64,000 nucleotides of DNA, from NCBI GenBank assembly GCA_034430795.1, contig DAOUDJ010000209.1, positions 3,762 to 67,761 of the forward strand, read 5' to 3'. Numbering within the stretch: the stretch's first letter is position 1; the number at the start of each line of letters is the position of its first letter. The DNA is from Anaerolineales bacterium. GTDB lineage: Bacteria > Chloroflexota > Anaerolineae > Anaerolineales > E44-bin32. Below the pieces are notes generated by a model. The model did no database searches, had not been told where the DNA came from, and saw only the letters and a program-made list of their open reading frames with translations. A program made the translations under genes and the position numbers. Positions 47,875 through 56,531 of this stretch are shown piece by piece.

Positions 47875-48729
47875 TTAATTATTCTCGCCAGGGGAATCCG
47901 AATCAAGCTTTCTCAATTGCTTTGTGATCCTAAAATCCATGGGGGTTATGCGATCATCTGCGGGCTCTGGCGCAGGTCCTGGCTTGTAAGGTGGTGTTAC
48001 CTCTGGCGGACCACCCGTATCTTCTCCATAGATTAATTCGACAGTCGCTACATTAATCAAGTCCCCCGGTTGGAGCGTATGTTCCTTAACCTTTCGTCCA
48101 TTCACAAAGGTCCCGGCTGTAGAATTGAGGTCATGGATGACGTATTTACCGCGGTTGGCTAGCAGCTGCAAATGTTGTCTTGAGACTCGAGGATCGTCGA
48201 TTACCAGATCATTATCCAAACGACGACCAATTTTGACCAGTGGGGTTGATAGCTGAAAATGCCGTTTGCCTTCGACAACGAGAAAAGCGCCAGCTGGGGG
48301 TCTATCGGTATCGTACTCCTCGATCGGCGTGAGCTCGCCCTGTATACCCAGCGGATTGCTGCTGTGCCAACCGATAATGCGAACCCCATCTTGAGGGAGG
48401 GTTGGGTCAGTGGCAATCGTGAAATGAACATCTCTTGCAAAAAGAAAACCGGCCTGTTGCAGAGCTTGCCTAAACTCCCGGGATATTTCCATTTGAAGAT
48501 CGTCCGACAATTGCCCGATTTGTTTCATGGCATCTGGGTGAACGCTTAACGTGAACTGATCAGGGGCAAACTCTCGCCCATTAGAATCAATACGCGCAAC
48601 CCCAACCGATTCTTTTGCAAATTGGTGGGCAAAGTTTTCCAGAGGGAGATCGCCAAGATCGAGATACCCCAAGGATTTCTTAAGAGCTTCCTCTATCGCT
48701 CCTGCAATCTGTAATAATCGATCGTCCAT
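47875..48729 (-). CDS. FhaA-like protein (DUF3662-like N-domain + C-terminal FHA), paralog 1
   Basis: The track ORF is trimmed to the ATG at 48729 (MDDRLLQIAGAIEEALKK), giving 284 aa. FHA core IGRRLDNDLVIDDPRVSRQHLQL..HDLNSTAGTFVNGR. The 81 upstream codons look non-coding (S/R/C-rich). Confidence 0.8.
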   Translation of the reverse strand: MDDRLLQIAGAIEEALKKSLGYLDLGDLPLENFAHQFAKESVGVARIDSNGREFAPDQFTLSVHPDAMKQIGQLSDDLQMEISREFRQALQQAGFLFARDVHFTIATDPTLPQDGVRIIGWHSSNPLGIQGELTPIEEYDTDRPPAGAFLVVEGKRHFQLSTPLVKIGRRLDNDLVIDDPRVSRQHLQLLANRGKYVIHDLNSTAGTFVNGRKVKEHTLQPGDLINVATVELIYGEDTGGPPEVTPPYKPGPAPEPADDRITPMDFRITKQLRKLDSDSPGENN

Positions 48730-48796
48730 TCTTATGATTATACATAGCCGCCGCTCGTCGTTAAAAGGGCAATTCGTACTATATACTGGAGATGTG

Positions 48797-49204
48797 ATGC
48801 AACCCGGATACGAAGAGATCGAACATACTGCCGATTGGGCATTACGCGTTCGCGGCCAAAATCTCACCGATTTGTTCCGCAACGCCGCCTTTGGCATGCT
48901 TTCATTGCTAGACATTGAACCTGTCCCGGGAAATGCAGAAAGCCGCTTTTTCGAACTGGTAGCGGAAGACACCGAGACGTTGCTGGTTTCCTGGCTGGAA
49001 GAGCTGCTCTACCCGCTCGATGTTGAAAATGCTGCAGTTGTCGATTTCGAGGTTGATGTGTTAGAAAAAACTCGATTAAAGGCAACGATCGAGTTAAAGA
49101 AAATCGCAACGATCAAGAAAGAAATTAAAGCCGTCACTTTTAACGAACTGGATATTCGTGCCATAGAATCCGGCTACGAGACGATTATCGTCTTTGATGT
49201 TTAG
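48797..49204 (+). CDS. archease (RtcB activator)
   Basis: Trimmed to the ATG at 48797 (MQPGYEEIEHTADWALRVRG), giving 135 aa. Lies immediately upstream of rtcB. Confidence 0.85.
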   Translation: MQPGYEEIEHTADWALRVRGQNLTDLFRNAAFGMLSLLDIEPVPGNAESRFFELVAEDTETLLVSWLEELLYPLDVENAAVVDFEVDVLEKTRLKATIELKKIATIKKEIKAVTFNELDIRAIESGYETIIVFDV

Positions 49205-49222
49205 AAATAGGAGGTGGCAATA

Positions 49223-50674
49223 ATGGTAGAGAAAAAAGATCTAATAAAAATCACGGATGTCATCTGGGAAATCCCTACTTCTTATCGAGAAGATATGCGC
49301 GTCCCAGTGAGGATATTCGCGGATGAAGCTTTGATCGATGCGGCACTGGGCGACAAATCCTTCAATCAGGCGGTTAACACCACAACACTCCCGGGGCTCG
49401 TGAGTCCCGTCGTCGTTATGCCGGACGTTCACCAAGGTTACGGTTTCCCGATCGGTGGTGTTGCCGCGAGCAGATATCCGGATGGCATCATCTCCCCAGG
49501 CGCGATCGGCTACGACATCAATTGCGGTGTGAGGCTGCTCGCGAGCGGAATTTCGTTTGACGATGTACAGAGGGAACTCCCCGATCTCGCTTTAGCGCTC
49601 GATGCGAATTGTCCAAGCGGGGTCGGCGTCGGTGGAAGCGTGCGTCTCACCACCAAGGAACTGGATAAAGTATGCCGACAGGGTAGTAACTGGGCGTTGA
49701 AAAACAATTACGCCCGCAGGGATGATCTCGAGCGAACAGAAGAGCAAGGTCAGATTCACGGCGCCGATCCTTCCAGCATTAGCTCTCGCGCTAAACAGCG
49801 CGGCAAGGGCCAACTCGGGACACTAGGGGCAGGCAATCACTTCATCGAGATCGATGTCGTTGACGAGATCTTCCATGAAGCAGCCGCGGACGCTATGGGG
49901 TTGGCGAAGGGGTTGCTCACCGTCCAGATCCACTGCGGCTCGCGTGGGTTTGGACACCAGGTCTGCTCCGATTATGTCCGCGAATTTCAGAGCGCAGTGA
50001 AGCGCTATGGAATCAAACTGCCTGACCGCGAACTGGTCTGCGCGCCTCTGAATTCCCCGGAGGGTAAACGATACATGGCGGCGATGGCATGCGCAGCAAA
50101 CTACGCCTTTTGCAATCGACAAGTGCTGGCGCATCACGTCCGCCGTTCTTTTGAGCAAGTGCTTGCGGGGAGAGTGCCGGATTGGGACCTTCACCAGGTT
50201 TACGACATTGCCCACAATATGGGGAAGACCGAGACCCATGTCGTCGATGGTGAAAAAGTGCGTGTTTGTGTGCACCGCAAAGGGGCAACTCGTGCTTTCG
50301 GTCCCGGATTCGAGGGGCTGCCAGAAGTCTATAAACCGTTCGGTCAGCCTGTCCTGGTCCCCGGCAGCATGGGGACTGCATCCTGGGTTCTGCTGGGAAC
50401 AGAGGAGAGCATGACGAAGTCATTTGGATCGTCATGCCATGGCGCTGGACGAGTGATGAGCCGCAGGCAGGCAAAGCGGGAAGTTTGGGGCCAAGACCTG
50501 CGAGAAGAGCTTGAGGCGCAGGGCATCATCATCCACGCGGGCTCCATGCCCGGTCTTGCGGAGGAAGCGCCAAAAGCCTATAAGGATGTGGATGCCGTAG
50601 TCGATGTAGTCGTCCGTGCTGGTATCGCCGCCAAAGTCGCTCGTCTTCGACCCGTTGTGGTGATCAAGGGGTGA
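49223..50674 (+). CDS. rtcB: RNA 3'-phosphate/2',3'-cyclic-phosphate ligase RtcB
   Basis: 483 aa from the ATG at 49223, 8 nt after AGGAGG. Contains [38 protein letters not shown] and SSCHGAGR. Confidence 0.95.
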   Translation: MVEKKDLIKITDVIWEIPTSYREDMRVPVRIFADEALIDAALGDKSFNQAVNTTTLPGLVSPVVVMPDVHQGYGFPIGGVAASRYPDGIISPGAIGYDINCGVRLLASGISFDDVQRELPDLALALDANCPSGVGVGGSVRLTTKELDKVCRQGSNWALKNNYARRDDLERTEEQGQIHGADPSSISSRAKQRGKGQLGTLGAGNHFIEIDVVDEIFHEAAADAMGLAKGLLTVQIHCGSRGFGHQVCSDYVREFQSAVKRYGIKLPDRELVCAPLNSPEGKRYMAAMACAANYAFCNRQVLAHHVRRSFEQVLAGRVPDWDLHQVYDIAHNMGKTETHVVDGEKVRVCVHRKGATRAFGPGFEGLPEVYKPFGQPVLVPGSMGTASWVLLGTEESMTKSFGSSCHGAGRVMSRRQAKREVWGQDLREELEAQGIIIHAGSMPGLAEEAPKAYKDVDAVVDVVVRAGIAAKVARLRPVVVIKG

Positions 50675-50703
50675 GGAAAAAACGATAATCTTCGCAAGAA
50701 ACG

Positions 50704-50746
50704 AAAGAGGCAGTCCATAGGTCATTTTAGGACGGCCTCTTTTTCC
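50704..50746. terminator. bidirectional terminator between convergent rtcB and tyrS
   Basis: aaagaggcagtcc-(13 nt)-ggacggcctcttt, a 13-bp stem with 1 mismatch. T-rich sequence follows on the plus strand, and tttcgtttc follows on the minus strand. Confidence 0.55.
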
Positions 50747-50758
50747 AATCCACTACGG

Positions 50759-51991
50759 TTATTCTGGCATGAGCCTCAGGAAACGGCGTTTCCCGACCTT
50801 CAGAATTGCTGTTTGTTTTAAATCGAGAGCCATGTTCGGATCATCAAGCACTTCTCCATCCAAGCGGACTCCATTCTGCTTGATCAGACGCCTGGCTTCG
50901 CTCCTGCTGCTCACCAACCCAGAATCCACCATCACGTCAACAATGGTTCGGTCAGATCCAGTGCTGTACTCCGGCATCTCCTCGGGGTCCTCGTGCTCTT
51001 GAAAAACTCGACGGAAAGCTGCTTCGGCAGGCTCAACTGCTTCCTCGCCCTGGTAGATGGCGACGATTTCGCGTGCCAGGCGCATTTTCACATCGCGTGG
51101 ATGCAGCTTGCTCTCGTCTAATCCCCGCTCGATCTCGGCTATTTCATGCGGATCCAAGCGCGTCACCAAACGGAAATAATTCATCATCGCCGAATCTGGA
51201 AGCGACATCACCTTTCCATACATCTCCTCGGGAGTTTCATCGATGCCGATGTAATTCCCCGTGCTCTTCGCCATCCGCATATGTCCATCGGTACCTACGA
51301 GTACGGGTGTGGTTAACGCGACCTGTGGGCGCACTCCCATAGCCTCCTGCAGTTTTCGGCCGGCGAGCAAATTGAAGAGCTGCTCGGTTCCACCGAGTTG
51401 AACATCTGCCTTCAGTATTGTAGCGTCATACCCTTGAAGCACGCCGTAGAAGAACTCGTGCAGCCAGATCGGGTCGCCCTTCTCGAAACGTTTAGAGAAA
51501 TTGTCACGCACCAGGAATTGCTGGACCGTGAAAAGACTCGCCATTTCGATGATCTGTTCCATGGAAAGCTTTGAAAGCCATTCATGGTTGTACCGGACCT
51601 CTGTTTTCTCAGGATCAAGGATTTTAAAAGCCTGATCCGTATAGGTCTTAGCGTTTTCCATGACCTGATCATGGCTAAGCCGCGGGCGTGCTTTGTCTTT
51701 GTCCGAAGGGTCGCCTACCAGTGCAGTGAAGGTTCCAATGACGAATATTGCCTGATGGCCGAGGTCCTGAAATTGCTTGAGCTTCCTCATGGTCACGGTA
51801 TGACCGAGGTGAAGATCCGGCGACGTTGGGTCGTATCCGCAATAGACGCGAATCGGCTCCCCCGTTTTTGCTGATTGGATCAGCTTCTCCTTAAGCTCTG
51901 TTTGCATCGCGTCTCGTAGCTTCTCATCCCCCATCTCGACACCCTGCATCAAGATATCGATTTGTTCTTCGATCGATTTGCTCTGAGACAT
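50759..51991 (-). CDS. tyrS: tyrosyl-tRNA synthetase
   Basis: 410 aa. HIGH variant PDLHLGH, KMSKS variant RMAKSTGN, and a C-terminal S4 domain. Confidence 0.95.
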   Translation of the reverse strand: MSQSKSIEEQIDILMQGVEMGDEKLRDAMQTELKEKLIQSAKTGEPIRVYCGYDPTSPDLHLGHTVTMRKLKQFQDLGHQAIFVIGTFTALVGDPSDKDKARPRLSHDQVMENAKTYTDQAFKILDPEKTEVRYNHEWLSKLSMEQIIEMASLFTVQQFLVRDNFSKRFEKGDPIWLHEFFYGVLQGYDATILKADVQLGGTEQLFNLLAGRKLQEAMGVRPQVALTTPVLVGTDGHMRMAKSTGNYIGIDETPEEMYGKVMSLPDSAMMNYFRLVTRLDPHEIAEIERGLDESKLHPRDVKMRLAREIVAIYQGEEAVEPAEAAFRRVFQEHEDPEEMPEYSTGSDRTIVDVMVDSGLVSSRSEARRLIKQNGVRLDGEVLDDPNMALDLKQTAILKVGKRRFLRLMPE

Positions 51992-52231
51992 ACTGCCTGC
52001 TCCTAATGATGTAAAGATAGCTGGGTTAAAAAATGATCAAGCGCGGGCCGCATGCGCCCACGCTTGGTTTGCTGGCTTGTGCCCCTCAGAATTGAGGAGC
52101 TCAGTCCGGGAACATACAGCCGAACGGGCAAAGGGGGCGGTCTGCGCCCCGGGGATAGATGTAGCTGCATGGGTCCTTTAATCCATTTTTCCGCATGGCG
52201 ATGCAATCATAACATATGCCGGAGTTAGACC

Positions 52232-52795
52232 TCACTCAGATATTACGGATCGCTCCCGCCGGCAAACCCATACATCGCCTTCCAGCTCAAGCTCAACAAG
52301 ATTCGCCTGCCTGGCGATCGTCGCCGCCAGCTGCTCCCCGCTCTCGGTCCCTGTCCTCACCTCTCGCCCAAATGGTCCTTTGATAGTCGTTGGGGTTTGA
52401 AAAGTGAAGACCTTCTGATCCCCAACGACAATCACATACCAGCCGGCTCCCCTCCTTGTTAATCTAAGAGAGTCGATCTCCCGCCACATCATCTCCACTT
52501 CGCGTATAGGGGTCTGATGAATAAGATTACTTTCTGATAGGCTAATTTTCGTATTCCGTTCAAGCCAATTAGAGAAGGAACTCGCCAATGCGGCCAGCAG
52601 AAAGAGAATGGTAACGATGATGGCAGTCAAAGAGATGGAACCTAAACGTGATAATAATATGGCGTCTAGAATCCCCAAGGTAAGCACTAAGAGCCAGGCC
52701 ACCCGTTCCCCAGATCGATTGAGCGTAATCAAGCGGTAGGTTTTCTTTGCGTCGAATTCAGCGAATGCCTTCAAAAAATCCGGACGTTGTTTCAC
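52232..52795 (-). CDS. hypothetical membrane protein (two TM helices + soluble C-domain)
   Basis: 187 aa. TM segments VAWLLVLTLGILDAILLS and LTAIIVTILFLLAALASSF. No family recognised. Confidence 0.5.
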   Translation of the reverse strand: MKQRPDFLKAFAEFDAKKTYRLITLNRSGERVAWLLVLTLGILDAILLSRLGSISLTAIIVTILFLLAALASSFSNWLERNTKISLSESNLIHQTPIREVEMMWREIDSLRLTRRGAGWYVIVVGDQKVFTFQTPTTIKGPFGREVRTGTESGEQLAATIARQANLVELELEGDVWVCRRERSVISE

Positions 52796-52881
52796 CTCAA
52801 TCTCCTCGTGGACAGAGTTTCATTTACCATCCGGTAAAACCTCGACCTTTTTCTCACTGCTTGAGCTGAATGTGGATCCGT

Positions 52882-53835
52882 TCACAAGAGTCTCTCGCGA
52901 ATCGCTCGCTCGGAAGTACGTTCACCTACAAAGCCAACAAGCAATACTCCAACCAATGTAACTAGCATGCCAGCCCACGCTCGCCCTGGTATCATCTCGC
53001 CGATCAACCACGGTGAGATGAGCGCAGTCCCAATGGGCATCAAATTTAAGGTAATGCTCATCTCAAAGGCTTTCAGTTTGCGGCGTGCGTGATTCCAGAT
53101 CAAAAACGCAACCATGGAACTCGGCACAATTAGCCAGAGCAATATTCCCCAAGTCGACATTGGAGGAAAGGCACGCAGAGGCGAAATGAGTAGTATGGTA
53201 AAACCACCGATACCCATCGGTAAGGCGGATAGGGTTAAAGGGTCAATCACTTTTTCCCGAGCAATCGAACGACCTATCAAGCCGTTGATGGTTAACGCGA
53301 GAACGCCAATGAGCGTTAGACCAATCGAGTAGAAATCGTCTAGGTCAACACTCATTCCGAAGAAAACTACACTGCCCGCGAGGGCAACAACAAGACCCAG
53401 AATTTGCAACGAGGTGGGTTTTTCATTGAGAAAGGCTGCTCCTAGAAGAAAGGTCAGTACGGGGATGCCATTAAGTAAGAATGCGGATGTAGTCGCGTTT
53501 AGATTTTCCAATCCCCTGAACATCATTATCGTCCCGATGGCAAAACCAGAGATTCCCATAATCCCCAGGCGGAGCCAATCTAGAGTACCCAAAACTCGCA
53601 GAATCCCTCGAGAAAAGAAAAGCAGCAAGGGTATAAACAAAAGAAAAGCACAAACATATCTAAAGCCAGCAATTTCATATGGCGAGAGATCTTCGAGGAG
53701 AATTTTTATTAAAGGCGCAGTTGTCGACCAGATCAGAACTACGGCGATCGCTTCGATATAAGGGAATAATCGTCTAAACACGAAGGAATAGTTCCTTAAA
53801 CGCTCCGGTGACTTGAGCCAATGCCTCATCGTCAA
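52882..53835 (-). CDS. EamA/DMT-family transporter
   Basis: 317 aa with about 10 TM helices and two EamA-like halves. The start is uncertain. The ATG at 53835 overlaps ltaE by 62 nt, whereas a GTG at 53781 overlaps by 8 nt. Confidence 0.8.
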   Translation of the reverse strand: MTMRHWLKSPERLRNYSFVFRRLFPYIEAIAVVLIWSTTAPLIKILLEDLSPYEIAGFRYVCAFLLFIPLLLFFSRGILRVLGTLDWLRLGIMGISGFAIGTIMMFRGLENLNATTSAFLLNGIPVLTFLLGAAFLNEKPTSLQILGLVVALAGSVVFFGMSVDLDDFYSIGLTLIGVLALTINGLIGRSIAREKVIDPLTLSALPMGIGGFTILLISPLRAFPPMSTWGILLWLIVPSSMVAFLIWNHARRKLKAFEMSITLNLMPIGTALISPWLIGEMIPGRAWAGMLVTLVGVLLVGFVGERTSERAIRERLL

Positions 53836-54826
53836 CCCAATAATGCATAACCAGCCGCATCTGGCCAGCGCGTGATGCGCTGATTTTTATCCCCTTATCG
53901 GCAAAACGACGCACTAACTCCTCCCCGGCGATCGGCGCATTTGCATCGAGCCGCAGGAAGATCATATTCGTCGCTGGTGTTTCATAATCCAAGGATATTC
54001 CGGGGAGCTCAGCTAGAGATTCTGCAAGCCGGCACGCTCTGATGTGATCTTCTCTCAACCGATCCACCATATTTTCAAGAGCCACCACCCCCGCTGCTGC
54101 GAGCACGCCCGCTTGCCGCATCCCCCCGCCCAACATTTTCCGTGCACGGTGAGCTTTTTGAATGAAGGCTTTATCTCCACAGATGACCGATCCCGCCGGA
54201 GCGCACAGCCCCTTCGAGAGACAGAACGTTACCGAATCGGCTGGTGCGACAAGCTCTGCAGGGGATACGCCTAGGGCGATCGCGGCGTTAAATATTCGCG
54301 CGCCATCGACATGCATGCAAAGCCCATGTTCTTGGGCGACGCGCCCCACTTCCTGTGTGTATTCTACGCTCAATACCGACCCCCCACAGCGATTGTGGGT
54401 ATTTTCAAGGCAGATTAAGCTGGTTAGGGGAAAGTGATCGTTATCCGCACGAATGGCCGCTTCAATCTCATCGTGTGCAACCGTTCCATCATCTCTATTC
54501 TCGACGACGAAGGTATGGATGCCCCCCAGCGCGGATACGCCTCCCGCCTCATATAAATAAGTATGCGAACGATCCCCGATGATGATTTCGTCGCCGCGGG
54601 CGCAGTGAGCCAGAATGGCCGCCAGATTCCCCATCGTCCCGGATGGTACGAAGAGTGCCGCTTCCTTGCCCAACATCTTCGCGGAGAGCTCCTGTAAATG
54701 GTTTACCGTCGGATCCTCGCCGTAAACATCATCCCCCACCTCGGCGTTCGCCATCGCCTCCCGCATCTCAGGGGTTGGCTCGGTTACTGTATCAGAGCGT
54801 AAATCGATCCATTCCATTGCCATCAT
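53774..54826 (-). CDS. ltaE: low-specificity L-threonine aldolase (PLP-dependent)
   Basis: 350 aa. Contains [28 protein letters not shown] and [10 protein letters not shown] (PLP Lys context). Confidence 0.85.
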   Translation of the reverse strand: MMAMEWIDLRSDTVTEPTPEMREAMANAEVGDDVYGEDPTVNHLQELSAKMLGKEAALFVPSGTMGNLAAILAHCARGDEIIIGDRSHTYLYEAGGVSALGGIHTFVVENRDDGTVAHDEIEAAIRADNDHFPLTSLICLENTHNRCGGSVLSVEYTQEVGRVAQEHGLCMHVDGARIFNAAIALGVSPAELVAPADSVTFCLSKGLCAPAGSVICGDKAFIQKAHRARKMLGGGMRQAGVLAAAGVVALENMVDRLREDHIRACRLAESLAELPGISLDYETPATNMIFLRLDANAPIAGEELVRRFADKGIKISASRAGQMRLVMHYWVDDEALAQVTGAFKELFLRV

Positions 54827-54916
54827 CCTTTTCGTTTACCCATCAACCCCAAGCTTTCGGTACCCATGAATTCCTCAATTTTGAATCTCCACGCTCGACC
54901 GAACCCACGGATGCTA

Positions 54917-55837
54917 TTACCGTTGGCGCAAGATATTTAGAGTCGACTCAAAATCCTCTGGAAGTGGTGAATTGAAAGTCGTTGGCTGTTCATTTCCAAG
55001 AAGACGAATAGTTAGCTGACCGGCGTGCAACAGCTGCCGTTCAACAGGCAGCGTGGGTTTGCGACGGCCATAAACCCGATCCCCCACGATCGGACAATCG
55101 ATAAACGACAGATGAACGCGGATCTGGTGGGTACGACCCGTTTCAGGTCGAACTTCAAGAAATGAATGCTCATGGAACTGTTCACGGGTGTGATACGTTG
55201 TAACAGCCTCCCGCCCCCGGCTTTTTGACACAACCGCCATTTTCTGGCGGTGCTTGGAGTCGCGGCCGATAGGCGCATCAATTTTCCCCGATGGGGTCGG
55301 TGGTTTGGAATCCGTGATTGCAAAATAGACTTTCTTCACTTGTCGATCCTGAAATTGTTTCTGGAGCCACTGATGAGCTTCATCGTGCTTTGCGAAGAGG
55401 ATGAGACCAGACGTGTCCTTATCAAGCCGGTGGACTACACCAGGGCGCCCCTCATCACCGATGCCGCGAATATCTGGTGCATGCGCTAGGACTGCATGAA
55501 CTAGTGTTCCAGTTTGGTGACCCACGGAAGGATGGACAACAACACCTGGCTCCTTGTTGATAACCAGGAGATCATGATTTTCATAAACAACGTCGATCGG
55601 GATCGCTTCAGGCTGTAAATCCGTGCGGGTTGGCTCGGGTATCGAGACCTGAATATCCTCGCCGCCATCAAGGCGATAGCCTGTTTTCTTAACAACTTTA
55701 CGATCAACGCTAACCAAAGCGCTGCGAATGAGTTTCTGCACTTGAGAGCGAGAGAGATCCCCTATGTATTCCACAATTACGACGTCCAGCCTACCACCTG
55801 GCTTCGGTGCAAGGAAGCGAATAGTCTGTGCAACCAC
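54917..55837 (-). CDS. rluD: 23S rRNA pseudouridine synthase, RluD family
   Basis: 306 aa. S4 domain at the N-terminus. Contains HRLDKDTSG and GRTHQIRVHL. Confidence 0.9.
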   Translation of the reverse strand: MVAQTIRFLAPKPGGRLDVVIVEYIGDLSRSQVQKLIRSALVSVDRKVVKKTGYRLDGGEDIQVSIPEPTRTDLQPEAIPIDVVYENHDLLVINKEPGVVVHPSVGHQTGTLVHAVLAHAPDIRGIGDEGRPGVVHRLDKDTSGLILFAKHDEAHQWLQKQFQDRQVKKVYFAITDSKPPTPSGKIDAPIGRDSKHRQKMAVVSKSRGREAVTTYHTREQFHEHSFLEVRPETGRTHQIRVHLSFIDCPIVGDRVYGRRKPTLPVERQLLHAGQLTIRLLGNEQPTTFNSPLPEDFESTLNILRQR

Positions 55838-55842
55838 TGGCT

Positions 55843-56385
55843 TTATCCCGATTGACCTTCGAGGTTCCGACTCCCCTTCTCTTCGACGGGATCAGCCTCG
55901 TCTCGTTTCTTATTTCGCCGTTCCTCGACCCACATTGCACCCACAAGAAGCGCTGCACCAATGGATATACAGGAATCAGCCACATTGAAGACCGCAAAAC
56001 TGCCCAAAGAAACGAAGTCTGTTACCGCGCCATGATACAACCTGCTGAGCAGGTTGCCTGTCGCCCCGCCCAACTGGAGCCCTAGTGCGATGCGGGATGC
56101 GACTTGCTCGCGAGGGATCTGGGGGAAGTAATACAGGATGGCGCCAATTACAAGAACTGCAATCACAGTGAAAATCACACCACCGGAGGGGAAGATCCCA
56201 AAAGCTGCTCCTGTATTATTCCAATGGACGATGCGCGCATACGGTCGAAGCCAGTCAAATGGAACCCAGGATTCGCCGACCGCCAGGTTTGTTCTTACAA
56301 GGTATTTAGTCCACTGATCCAAGGCGACGATGACGCCGGCGAGACAGATCAGGAATCCATAATCCCGCAACAATGATCGCTTCAC
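55843..56385 (-). CDS. lspA: lipoprotein signal peptidase II
   Basis: 180 aa. Contains NTGAAFG and FAVFNVADSCISIG. The ileS-lspA-rluD order is conserved. Confidence 0.9.
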   Translation of the reverse strand: MKRSLLRDYGFLICLAGVIVALDQWTKYLVRTNLAVGESWVPFDWLRPYARIVHWNNTGAAFGIFPSGGVIFTVIAVLVIGAILYYFPQIPREQVASRIALGLQLGGATGNLLSRLYHGAVTDFVSLGSFAVFNVADSCISIGAALLVGAMWVEERRNKKRDEADPVEEKGSRNLEGQSG

Positions 56386-56454
56386 TTCAGGTTGTAACCT
56401 CCTTCATTAGACGGACTTGATTGTACCGTAATGCCCCATCAAGTGGGATTCATG

Positions 56455-56492
56455 AATCGGGTTTCCCGGAGGGTATCCTGGGAAACCCGATT
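56455..56492 (-). other. perfect 13-bp stem-loop in the ileS-lspA spacer
   Basis: aatcgggtttccc-(12 nt)-gggaaacccgatt. No U tract follows on either strand. Confidence 0.5.
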
Positions 56493-56531
56493 GCTCTCAT
56501 GCACCTGCGAGAGATTCTCTCCTAGTAAGAA

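Noticed and set aside
48730-48972. 81-codon N-terminal extension of the FhaA-like ORF (47875..48972)
   Set aside because: The sequence is S/R/C-rich and non-protein-like, and it runs antisense across the archease start. An internal ATG at 48729 begins a normal DUF3662-like N-terminus.
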